A stretch of 64,000 nucleotides of DNA, taken from the NCBI RefSeq assembly GCF_009914755.1, contig NC_060927.1; one strand, given 5' to 3'. This stretch comes from the human T2T-CHM13v2.0 reference genome, Homo sapiens. A program made the position numbers and the translations under genes. Within the stretch, counting starts at the first letter, position 1. Every line of letters begins with the position of its first letter. Below the pieces are notes generated by a model, which was not told the DNA's origin, searched no databases, and saw nothing but the letters and a program-made list of their open reading frames with translations. Below, piece by piece: positions 52,968 through 64,000 of this stretch.

Positions 52968-53795
52968 TAGATGGGTGCATGCATGGATGGATGAATGGAT
53001 GCACGAATGAATGGATGGATGGATGGATGGATGGATGGATGGATGGATGGATGGATGAATGGATGGATGCACAAATGGATGAACGAATGCATGGATGGAT
53101 GAATGGATGAATGAATGGATGGATGGATGGATGGATGGATGGATGGATGGGTTCATGGATGCATGAATGAATGGATAGATGCATGAATGAATAGATGGAT
53201 GCATGGATGGATGGATGCACAAATGGATGAATGAATGCATGGATGGGTGGATGAATGGATGGATGGATGGTTGGATGGATGGATGGATGGATGGATGCAT
53301 GGATGCACAAATGGATGAATGAATGAATGCATGAATGGATGGATGGATGGGTGGATGGATGGATGGATGCATGGATGCACAAATGGATGAATGAATGAAT
53401 GCATGAATGGATGGATGAGTGGATGGATGGATGCATGGATGGATGGATGGATGGATGGATGGATGGATGGATGGGTTCATGGATGCATGAATGAATGGAT
53501 AGATGCATGAATGAATAGATGGATGCATGGATGGATGGATGCACAAATGGATGAATGAATGCATGGATGGGTGGATGGGTGGATGAATGGATGGATGGAT
53601 GGTTGGATGGATGGATGGATGGATGGATGCATGGATGCACAAATGGATGAATGAATGAATGCATGAATGGATGGATGGATGGGTGGATGGATGGATGGAT
53701 GCATGGATGCACAAATGGATGAATGAATGAATGCATGAATGGATGGATGAGTGGATGGATGGATGCATGGATGGATGAATGAATGGATGGATGAG
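52968..53795. repeat. Complex (GGAT/GAAT/GCAT)n array with a 324-bp higher-order duplication
   Basis: Direct reading. The marker GTTCATGG recurs at 53151 and 53475. Confidence 0.97.
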
Positions 53796-53889
53796 CCAGA
53801 CTACTTACTTTCAGAGTTTTCACGAATAATATAGGATGCTAGGTTACTAAAGTTATTACAAATGTGTGATTTTTAAGGAATCTACAATC

Positions 53890-54350
53890 AGAATGATGCC
53901 TACTTCTCTGGCTGCTTCTTGTAACCTCCACGCCTTGCCCACAGAGTTCTAGTCACACCATAGTTCTTTCTGTTCTTCATGCCTGTTTAGCACCAGGACC
54001 GTTGCACAGGCTGTTCCTCAGGCCCAAAAGCTTTTCTTTATGATCTCCACATATCTCTTTCTTTCCTGATATTCAGGATTCACCTCATGTGTTCTATCAC
54101 TAGGAGTGATTCTTTTAACCACTCTGTCTGAAGTAGTGACCAGATTGTTCTCCATCATGTTTCAATTTCAATTCTCTCCTCAACATTTATTGTGCTTTTA
54201 TGTATTTATTTGATAGTTTTATTTTTTCTTTACATTTGTGGCTTTATTTATCTTTCATTCTCCAATAACGTTTGAGCTTCACGATTATTTCCCAGCTTAT
54301 TTAGCACTATATCCTCTGCATACACATCCAGTTATAGACTGAATGAATGG
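53890..54350 (+). mobile_element. L2 3' remnant
   Basis: CTAGTCACACCATAGTTCTTTCTGTTCTTC...GGACCGTTGCACAGGCTGTTCC...GACTGAATGAATG. Confidence 0.7.
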
Positions 54351-54774
54351 AAGGGAGGAAAAAATCAAACATTCTCCCATAGGTTTAATTACTAAAAATT
54401 CCCTAAATTATATGCACCCATAAAACATTTAAAACAGTGTAAATTTATACAAATTAGATATATACTTTGAAGTGATCAAATTTCCTACTTTAAAAAGGTG
54501 GTTGTGTTGACCTGTTTATCTGTCAGCCTTGGAAATATATCAAAGGTTAAATAAATATAATCATGTTATATTCTTAAATCTTTTCGGAATGAAGTGAGGT
54601 ATAAACACATGTGTGCTTTTATATATATAAACACACATGTATATATACATGCACATATTTCTATAATTCAGGGATTTGTTGGTTCAGACTAAAAACTCTT
54701 AGTTCCTAGTTCTTTGCTCTATGATGATTTAGAAACCTGGAATTTTTTAAACTGAAAGGGCTAATGTCTTTTCG

Positions 54775-55060
54775 TGCAGTGGTTTTCACTGGAGGCAGTA
54801 AGATCATCTACCGTTGCACTTGGCATTTTGTGACATGTGTTATTTATTATAATAAATGGGAGCACTAAAAGGCATTTGGTGGCCAGGGGCTAGGTTTGCT
54901 ATATATCTCAATGCATGGAAAAGCCTTATACCTGAAGAAAGCTTTCATATCTCCCACAACTTTCAAAAATCTGTTCACAATCACCCGAGCCTTATACATA
55001 ATTCTGCTTTACTTTTAAACACAAAGTATTTTGCACTCAGACCTGCCAACTAAACTCTAG
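54775..55060. mobile_element. hAT-Charlie-type DNA transposon remnant
   Basis: CAGTGGTTTTCA start and GGCATTTGGTGGCCAGGGGCTAGG. Confidence 0.45.
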
Positions 55061-55259
55061 CCCCAGGTACTAAGCTTTCAAATAGGAACTGTGGCTTATT
55101 ACATTTTACTCCCTTTTTCCTGAAAATTCATTAAAATTCAGTTACGAAGTCTGTCTTTAACAATATCAAATGGAGCCTTTAAACGATGACCACAATGTAT
55201 AGTCCTTTCAAGGAGGAATGTCTTTGCCCATCACATATCTGTCTGAATTTCTAGAAGTC

Positions 55260-55690
55260 TGTTAAATAAAAAGGAACAAATCCAGACTTAGGTAAGGAGA
55301 TATTTTGTTCGGAAAGACTTTTATAGTGAGAGGAAAAGGACTATTGCAATACAGAGAATACTCTGACCATAAGATCTGCAAACATCTCAAAGGACAGGCA
55401 GAAAGGGCTCCTCTTTTACAGGAAGGAGTAAACAAAGCTAGAAGGAGCTGTCTGTGGGAGTGTGAAGACCAGATGGTGTGGTAGAACAACTGATTGGGGA
55501 ATGTTTCTCCTAGGTGTCAGTGGACTCTTGAGAGGGGCCTTAAAGGATGAGCTCTTCTATATTCTGATGCTTGGTTAAAGTCAAGGGAGAGTCAAACTCC
55601 AGGTGTCTGTGGAGTGGGAAAACCCTAACTAAATTTTGGTCCAGACAAGTCAGCAGATACTTTTCCCAGATTGATTAAATTGTATAAACT
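55260..55690 (-). mobile_element. ERV1-class LTR remnant (source of the 141-bp copy)
   Basis: TGTTAAATAAAAAGGAACAAATCCAGACTTAG...GGACTATTGCAATA...AAGATCTGCAA. Confidence 0.6.
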
Positions 55691-56569
55691 CAGTAAATCA
55701 AAGGATGATTTCATTTTCCTTCCACAAGATCACAGTAAGGTTTGTTTGCCGTTTGGGGAAGTCGCATTCCTAATGGTCGCAGTGCTTGTGGTATATGAGC
55801 AGTCAGTACAACCACTTGTATCATCTGCATTTGTGGTTACCAAATTCGTGATAATTCTGGAAGAACCAATGCAAACAGGTGACGACTGTGTTTTATCTTT
55901 TAGTGTACTAAAGCAGTTGGAGAATATTTCATTTTTAATTGACTTCCTTTTGTTTCTCCGTTATATTAATTTAAGGCCTTATATCAGTTTTCCACTTCCC
56001 TAGATTATGTGTAGAGCTAGACAACATGGCTGTAAATGTAATTTCAGGATAATAAAGGTGGCATTATGAAATATTTGTTCTCAAAAAGGGCTGTAGGTCC
56101 TTTAAAACTGCAATTCCTATTCCACTGCCAGATTATTATTTATGTATAATGACTCTGAAACTAACAGAAGTTGAGAAATTTGCCCAAAGCCACAGAGAAT
56201 ATTAATACAATTACACACATACATACTCTTAAATTGTTAAAAAATGTTGACATGACAAGCATGGGGCTAGGAATGCAGATGAATAAAAATGCCTTTTTCT
56301 GTCCAGTAAAAAAATAACTTCTACACAGAAATGATAAAAACTCAATTAAGAAGTGACTGGTTTAGCAAGCAAAAAGTCCTAGAAAATGTTATTTCTGATA
56401 AGTACATTAATACAAACTTTTCATTGCTGGAAACTTTCTTGCTATATTTAAGACATGTGAAAAAGCAAAAAACAAAAACCTCTAGAAATCTATTTCTTAA
56501 TCTGCAAAATGGGGATAAAAATATGTACCTCATAGCATTGTGTGACTCAAACAAGTTAAGTGATGTGAT

Positions 56570-56730
56570 CCATGATTTCCAAACATTAATGTTCTTATAA
56601 ATTACCTGGAAATTTTGTTAAAATGTAGAATCTGATTTTTAAGTTTCTGTGGGAATTAGAATTCTGCATTTTGAACAAAATCTTCAGTAGTTACCAATAA
56701 TACTGGTTAGAGATAATTTTGAATGGGAAA
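56570..56730. mobile_element. MER5A-like MITE
   Basis: ATTACCTGGAAATTTTGTTAAAATGTAGAATCTG...AGAATTCTGCATTTTGAACAA. Confidence 0.65.
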
Positions 56731-57211
56731 GATGGAAACCCCTTGGCACATTGGAAGGGGCCAGTTTTGGTTGGAGGTCCTTGGCTTCCACTCTTGTACT
56801 AGCTCTTTTTGAAGAGGCATTGGCTGTTTCCCCACAGATCTCACTTGCTTCTTTTATTTTTAGATCACTGCCATTTCACTCATTTATAGGTTTTAAGAAT
56901 GAGGGGAGTGATTAGATGAAGACTGTTTGAGGGACTGGTAATTAATACTCAAAAATAAATTTTTGAATATGCTTCTTTCTTCTTCCTATTAAAAGCATAA
57001 TGTTCTGGTACTTTGTCCACGTTTAAAGCAGCCTTTCTGGATTAATATAGCTACTAATAGAAAGGGGAGAAAAGTTGCTATGGTTAGAATACATGTGTTC
57101 CTCTGAAATTCCTGTGTTGAAGCTTAACCTTCACAGTGATGGTATTAAGAGGTGGGGCCTTTGAGTGGTAATTAGGTCATGTTGTAATTAGGTCATGAGG
57201 GCTCTGCCTTA

Positions 57212-57352
57212 TTGTAGAGAGAGGAGAAGGACTATTGCAATACAGTGAATACTCTGACCATAACATCTGCAAGCATCTCAAAGGGCAGGCAGAAAGGGCT
57301 CCTCTTTTATAGGAAGGAGTAAACAAAGCTAGAAGGAGCTGGCTGTGGGAGT
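57212..57352 (+). repeat. 141-bp copy of 55321-55461
   Basis: Ungapped alignment with 9 mismatches in 141 bp (manual count). Confidence 0.95.
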
Positions 57353-57394
57353 CTCTCTCTCTCTCTCTCTCTATCTCCAGACAGACAGACAGAC

Positions 57395-57485
<91 letters not shown>

Positions 57486-57502
57486 TAGATAGATATAGAG
57501 AG
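57353..57502. repeat. Compound STR (CT)n [AGAC]4 [AGAT]12 [AGAC]10 [AGAT]3
   Basis: Direct unit count. Confidence 0.95.
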
Positions 57503-57755
57503 AGTCTCACATCTCACTCTGTCACCCAGCAGGCTGAGATGCAATGGTGCAATCGTTGTTCACTGTAACCTGAAATTCGTGAGCTCAAATGATCCTCCCA
57601 CCTCAGCCTCCTAAGTAGCTATTTTTTATTTTTTTTTTTTTAGGGTTGGGGTCTCCCTGTGTTACCCAGGCTGGTTTCAATCTCCTGGTCTCAAGTGATT
57701 CTCCAACCTTGCCCTTCAAAAATGCTGGGATTACAGTCATGAACCACCATCCTGA
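57500..57755 (-). mobile_element. AluJ-type element with a partial internal deletion
   Basis: TCTCACTCTGTCACCCAG...CTCAAATGATCCTCCCACCTCAGCC...GCTGGGATTACAGTCATGAACCACC. Confidence 0.85.
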
Positions 57756-58358
57756 GTGTTTAAATACGCTTCTAAAAGAGGCTTCATAGAACTGCCTGTC
57801 CCTTCCATCTCCTCTGCCATGTTTTTACAAGATTCATCCTCTTTTGCCCATCTGCCTTCCACCATCTGATGAGATGCAACCAAGTGCCACCTTGGAAGCA
57901 GAAAGTGAGCCTTCATCAAATATGGAAAATATTGGCATCTTGATCTTAGACTTCCCAGGGTCTAGAACTGGAGACATAATTTTCTTTGCTTATAAACTAC
58001 CCTGTCTAAAGTATTTTGTTACAGCAGCAGGAATAGAATAAGATATAGGTATTATTATTATATTCTTCTGGAGTGACATTCTTATTACTCATATATAAAT
58101 ATTCATATCTACTTATCTAAAACAATCACATTTCTTATTTTACAAAATAGTTTTACAGTTCCTCAACTGGGATACAAAAAGCCCACTTTTTTAGTGAGAA
58201 AAAATGATAAAATGAAATACAAAACAGTTCTACTAGCCTCAATATTCTACAGATGCTTCTTCAATGGACCTAAGAATGGTAAACAGATTTTTTTTAAAGA
58301 CATCCAAATCTAAGACACCTTGTATTTTTCAGTTTTACCAATAGATGACACTAGTGAT

Positions 58359-58394
58359 ACACACGCACGCGCACACACACACACACACACACAC
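58359..58394 (+). repeat. (CA)n/(CG) microsatellite
   Basis: Direct reading. Confidence 0.9.
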
Positions 58395-59114
58395 GTATAT
58401 AATAACATTCCAAGAAAATTCTTCAAGTCTGTAGTCTTGGGGATAAAAGCCCAAGGTAAAGAAACCGGTAACACCGAGTTGTTAACATATTAACATTGTT
58501 TTTATAGAGTTTTTTTATTATTTTCATAGAATTTGCAAAAGCATCTTCAAAGACAGTTTTTGTGGCAGATGACTGAGCATCTAAATTATTTTTATCAACA
58601 CACAATTATAACACTAATCCTGAAATAAGAAAAAATCAGAGGGACTTCATGAAAGGAATATGTGAATATATATTTCATCTTGTAAAAATTGGTTACTTAT
58701 TCCTTCATCTATAAAACCATGTGGTCTGAATATATTGTTTCTCAGGCCCTGGATGGAGTACCAAGAATGCAGCCTAGTAAGGCAAGACACTGCCTAAAAA
58801 GATGGTCAAATTATCTAGAAAAATTAGTAATGTAATCACACTGTCCAAAGTCCCCATGACATGGGAGTTTCAAGGGTTGTCATGCCTTCCAGATGTGAGG
58901 GACCATAGTTTGTAACCTGCAAAACAATATTATTGTGAGTGGTGCTTTTCTTTAAATGACGTCTCTAAAAGCGATTCACATTCTTGATACCACTTTGGAA
59001 TTGGAGATATTTCATTTAGAGCCCTTGAAATCTGAGTACTAGTGTGCATATTTTATTCCTGCCTTTTCTCTTGTTACTATATGCACCTAAACCGAGTATT
59101 TTTATCATAGGTTT

Positions 59115-59280
59115 TTCATTTGTTTGCTTGTTGTTTTTTTTTTTTTTTTTTTTTTTTTTGGTAGAGATTGGGATTTCTCCATGTTGCCTAAGCTGGTCTA
59201 GAACTCCTGGACTCAAGCAATCCACCCATCTTGGCTTCACAAAGTGCTGGGATTACAGGTGTGAACCACCATGCCCAGCC
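59115..59280 (-). mobile_element. FLAM_C-like Alu monomer
   Basis: Poly(T) followed by a single antisense monomer. TSD core ATTTTTATCATA on both sides. Confidence 0.85.
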
Positions 59281-60844
59281 AATTTTTATCATAATTTTAA
59301 ATTGGCAACTAACCAGATGCTTTATGTTACCCCCCCATCATCCCCTACAAATGACTCCATGTCAGACACAGACATTAATCGGTTTATGGAGTTAAATTTA
59401 CAAAAAGGAAATAGGAAAAAGCGACAGGTGCATGGCATTACGTGCTGTGATGTGTATTAAAAGAGAGATCTCACAGATTGAAAGGAGATGTAAATACCAG
59501 CAGGACATATTTTTCAAAGGACACATTCAGAAGAATCCCATATAAGGTTGCCTGTCAAAGGAAGCCATTCCATTTTAACTGAATATTTAAGAATTTTATA
59601 GTGACATAGGTTTCATTTGGTTCATATATAAGTGATATATTTTATTAGTAAAATATATAGTGCATGATTATCACTACCCAGATATGAAGCAAAAGTTGCA
59701 TAAATCATTGTAATTTTTGATGAAACAAAAGAATATTTCGTAATGCTAATCGTTACTTTATTTTTTCAAAAATTTGTAAAAGTGAGAGGCTAATGGGAAG
59801 CCTAACCATTGGCAATGAAATAAATTCCATTTTGATTTTCTTTTTTAATAAATATTGCTGCACATTCCTTTCCAGGATCAAGTTAAACTCCTTGCTAATT
59901 CTTTCATTGAACAAAATAATCGTAAAGAAAACTCATAACATATTCCGATTTCAGCATCCGTGGGTATTAGTAGTCACATGATCTACCTTTAGAGACAGAA
60001 AGTTGAAATCTGATTTTTTTAAAAAAAGTAAGTGCAGTGGCTTAAGTGATTCTATGCTTTTAGACAGTATTGTCTTCAATAATTAATTTGTATAGATAAA
60101 TATAGCGTAGCATCTTTACATATTATTAAAATATTGTTTTGAGATTGTCATGGCAATATACATGCACAAAATATGTAGACTGGAACAACAACACAAGGTA
60201 CTCAGTAACATTATTAAATGAAAAATAAGGTTTTTGGTTATGTACATCCTGGTTCTACTCTTTTTAAAAAAACTTAAATTAATTCATTAAGAAATATTTA
60301 TTACAGAGAAAATGATATATATTCAAATATGTATTTATATGTATTCACATATATAATACATAAGATATATATAAGCTATGAAACATATTAATTAAAATAA
60401 CCATCACTACCCTACTTAACAAAAACCATATATTGCAGTCTTAGATAAAGTTGAAAAAAATTATTGGTAAAAGTTTCTAAGTAAATCTACTAACATAAAT
60501 AATTAGGCCTTTTAATTTTTAATTATCAAAAACTATATTTTTCTTTATTTTATTTAAGGGTAAAGATTCTCACAGCACACATGCACAACCATGATATATA
60601 TCATCTAAGAACTTATTTCTGTATATGGTTGGGCAGTAAGCAATTCTATAGATGTATACACCTATATAACCTATATTAAAATATGGAACATTTCCAACTT
60701 CATAAAAAGTTCCCTAGGGTTCCATTTCAGTCAATATACACCAAGATCCAAACAAAACTGATCAATATTCCACCAATGTAGCTTACTTATGCCTGTTGAG
60801 AACTCAATATAAATAGGATTATACAATATAGACTCTTGTGATAT

Positions 60845-61905
60845 TGTGATATAATAAGTAAGTTATATTTGGTCTCTGCTCTTGCTTCCTGACACACTGC
60901 TTCGAAAACCCTTAGAGAGTGTCTTTTGTATGCCAATGAGCTGACTGTTGGCCAGGGTTCCTGAGATAGCTTCAGGATGGGGGCTGTTCACCAGAAAGAC
61001 GGAGGCATGATTAGAGAGTTGAGACTTTCAGGCCTACCCCGCAACCTCCGTGAAGGAGAGAGAGGCTGAAGATCGGTTGAGTTCATCACCTATGGCCAGG
61101 GATGTAATCAATTATGTCTACATGATAAAGTCTTCATAAATGTCCAAAAAGACAAGAGTGTGGAGAGCTTTCAGGTTGCTGAACATGCAGAGGCTCCTGG
61201 GGGGTGGTGCACCAGGAGAGGGTATGGAATCTTCAGCTCCTTTCTTATACCTCACCCTATGTATCTCTTCCATCTGGCTGTTCATTTGTATCTTTTCTAA
61301 TACACTTTGTAAAAAATGGATAAATGTAAGTGTTTCCCTGAGTTCTGTGAGCCATCCTAGCGAATTCACAGACACCAAGGAAGGAGAAAATTCACTGGAC
61401 CTGCGATCTGTAGACAGTCAGAAGAATGGGTGACAGACCATTACAATAGTCCCTTGATGTCTTCCAAGATGCCTTGTGCATACCAAAATCCACAGATGAT
61501 AAAGCCCACAATTGGCCCTGCAAAATTCCCAGAAACAAAACGTCAGCCCCTTGCATCCCTCTAATTCTGTATTTTTTGATCCTCAGTTATTTATCCAAGA
61601 ATACGGAACACTCAGATTCTGAGGGCTGATTGTACATGTGATTGGTGTCTGAAGAGAGGCAATCTTGTGGGACTAAGCCCTTAACCCATGGGATCTGACT
61701 CTGACTTCATAAAGTTACTTCAGTTCTGACATGATAGTGGTAGAATTGAAATGAATTATTGGACACTTAGTGTCCACTAGAGAGTTAGTTGTTAGTGGGG
61801 AGAAATCCATACACATTTTGGTGAGCAGAAGTGAACTATTCTGTGTTGAGCTGTGAGTTGTGTGTATTAGAGTCAAAAACAGTTTGATGTTTCCCATCTT
61901 TTCCA
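60845..61905. mobile_element. MER21B/C-like LTR
   Basis: TGTGATATAATAAG...ATATTTGGTCTCTG...GATAGCTTCAGGATGGGGGCTG...GTTTCCCTGAGTTCTGTGAGCC. Confidence 0.8.
61444..61632. mobile_element. MER2-like TcMar-Tigger MITE inside MER21
   Basis: Flanked by TA at both ends. ATACCAAAATCCACAGATG...GAGGGCTGATTG. Confidence 0.7.
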
Positions 61906-62719
61906 ATGGTTCCTTTTCTAGCTCAGACTCTCCTCTGTGTCCAACTTCACTCACATTATATAAAGTCTGTGAGGTTTTTTCCTTCTGTATGTATAGCAAC
62001 TGTTTGTTCCTTTTCATAGTTGAGTAGTATGAATATGTAATTTCTGGTGTGGAGCTATTATGAATAAAGCTACTGTTGAACCTCTGTGTATAAGTCTTTA
62101 AATGGACATGTGTTTTCATTTGTCTTGGGTAAATTCTTAGGTGTGAAATTTCTGAATCCTATAAGTGATGCGTGTTTAAGAAACTGCCAAACTGTTTATC
62201 AAAGACCTTCCACCATTTTATGAACCCCTCAGCAATGTGTGAGAGCTGCAGTTAGTCTGCTCCAGGCAGTCATCAACTATTACCAGTTGACTCCACTCCC
62301 ACATTCTACTGAGTGTGAAATCATATCTTATTGTAGTTTTAATTTGAATTTTCTTGATGATTGCTGATATTGAGTGTCTTTCCATGTGTTTGTTTTCATG
62401 TTTATATTAGTTACAAAAGGCCATTAAATAATTCAGATACAAATAAATATTTTGTCAGAAATGTTACAAATATTTCTTTTTAGTATGGGGGATGACTTTA
62501 GAATTTCTTGGTGTCCTTTGAGATTAGAAGACTTTCATTCTCTTGGAGGCCAGTTTTTTTTTTTTTTTTAATGTTTCAAGCTTTTGTGTGTACTATCTTT
62601 GAAAACTCATAACAATATTTTCTTATATTTCTGTCTCTGGAATTTTTATAATTTTACCTTTTATGCTTATATCTATAATTCATTTCAAATTACTTTTCAC
62701 GCATGATGTTAGTAGGGGT

Positions 62720-63160
62720 TGTAGTGAATTGAATTGTGGCCTCAAAAAGTCCTATCCCCAGTACCTGTGAATGTGACATTATTTGGAATAGGGTCTTTGT
62801 AGATATAATTAAGGATCCTGTGATTAGATGATCTTAGATTTAGGGTGGGCTCTAAATCCAATGACTGGGGTCACTATAAGAAAATAGAGATGGTGATTTG
62901 AGACACGGACACAGGCGAAGGTCATGTGAAGGCTGAGACAGAAATTGGAATTATGCCTTTTCAAGTCAAGGAATGTCAGGGTTCACAAGCAGATACCAGT
63001 AGCTGGGAAAGAAGTATGGCATGGATTCTCCTTCAGAGCCTCCAAAAGAACTAAATCTACCAACACCTTGATTTCAGATTTTAGGCCCCTGGAACTGTGA
63101 GAACATAACTTTTTGCCATTTTAGACCACCAGTTTGTGGTAATCTGTTGCAGCTAGCACG
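62720..63160 (+). mobile_element. MLT1C-like MaLR LTR
   Basis: TGTAGTGAATTGAATTGTGG...CCCCAGTACCTGTGAATGTGAC...CCAGTTTGTGGTAATCTGTTGCAGC. Confidence 0.85.
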
Positions 63161-64000
63161 CGGGGCGGGGGTGGGGGTGGGGTGTCAAGGTTTTTTTATT
63201 TTCACAGATGGCATAATACAGTTGTTCTAGAACACATATCGAAAAGATTGCCATTTCATTGTTAATTATTTTGATGCCTTTGTCAAAAATCAAAGTGCAG
63301 GTCATTCCTAGACTTGCTGATTCTGTTCCATTGATCTATTTTTTGCACCAATGCTATGCTGTACTTTACATTTTCCTGTATGTCAATTCTCTACTGTCTT
63401 GATAACAGTAGCTGTATAACATCTTTTGAGATCAGATAAGATAGATCTTTCAAGTTTGTTCTTCCTTTTCAGATATGATTTTGCTATTCTCAGTGTTTTG
63501 TATTTCTATATGAATTTGGGAATTGAATTGTCAATTTCTACATTTTTTTGTAGAAATTGGACTAGGATTTTGATTTAAATTGGTTCATGTTTATAGGTCA
63601 ATTGGTAGAAAATAGATATTTTAAAAACATTGAATCTTTTGAATCATGAATATAGTATAAATGCCCATGTTTTTGAGGTTCTATTTTTGTAAAATTTTCA
63701 ACTGCGTTTTCCAGTTTTTCTGTACAGTTATTGCATAGCTTTTGCCAAACTGATTTATGATTATTTTATATTTTATATTATGGTAAGTGGTATTTTAAAA
63801 ATTTATTTTTTTCAATTATGTTAGTGCTAGCATATAAAAATACAGTTAATATTTATATATTTACCATGCATCCTATGACTCGCCAAGTTTATTTCTTAGT
63901 TCCAGCAAGAAATTTTTGTACCTATGTCAAGATTTTATAATGTGGAATATCACATAATCTCAGACTAAAGAGTTTTAGCAGTTCTTTTTTTATCTCTATT

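Larger units (their letters stand above)
57076..58045 (+). mobile_element. MSTD/MLT1A-like MaLR LTR, interrupted at ~57211-57755
   Basis: TGCTATGGTTAGAATA...GGTATTAAGAGGTGGGGCCTTTG...GTATTTTGTTACAGCAGCAGGAATAGAATAAGATA. Confidence 0.85.
60545..64000 (-). mobile_element. Old L1M (L1MD/ME-like) 3' portion, interrupted by MER21- and MLT1C-like LTRs
   Basis: ATGGAACATTTCCAAC, TATGAATAAAGCTACTGTTGAAC...GGACATGTGTTTTCATT, AGAAACTGCCAAACTGTT and TTTGTCAAAAATCAA. Confidence 0.85.

Noticed and set aside
52862-53823. His/Pro/Ser/Ile-rich ORFs up to 304 aa
   Set aside because: They are translations of the (ATCC)n array.
55671-56003. 110-aa hydrophobic ORF with a few CpGs
   Set aside because: Non-ATG start inside an LTR remnant and no recognisable homology.
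1-64000. CRISPR array, tRNA/rRNA or CpG-island promoter
   Set aside because: No repeat-spacer structure, no structured-RNA signature and no CpG island seen. This is primate nuclear DNA.

Overview
AT-rich primate (human-like) genomic DNA, intergenic or deep intronic. I find no credible host protein-coding exon, and no prokaryotic-type system such as CRISPR or an operon. Much of the window is interspersed repeat: a near-full-length, decayed L1PA15/16-like element (338-6600) carrying an Alu; a 5'-truncated HERV-L provirus with one MLT2A1-like LTR (46146-51081, minus); many MaLR and ERV solo LTRs with visible target-site duplications (TSDs); Alus and FLAMs; L2, MIR and CR1 remnants; DNA-transposon MITEs; and an old L1M at the right end. 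The main non-transposon features are a ~1.7 kb retrocopy of what I recognise as the EIF4B 3'UTR only (19578-21286, minus), a 1.34 kb (TTCC)n pyrimidine tract, and a (GGAT)n array with a 324-bp higher-order duplication. The most unusual structures are two local duplications. (i) The HERV-L is bracketed by a ~220-bp direct duplication of its flank (~87% identity) in place of its 5' LTR, so the pre-integration site appears preserved in cis. (ii) A 141-bp piece of one LTR is copied 1.9 kb downstream into another LTR next to an Alu tail. A CpG-enriched unique segment at ~28.65-29.13 kb is the best candidate regulatory element. All long ORFs in the track come from repeats. Subfamily names and the EIF4B call are from memory of consensus/mRNA sequences and need a database check. 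I do not see evidence for a novel gene system.
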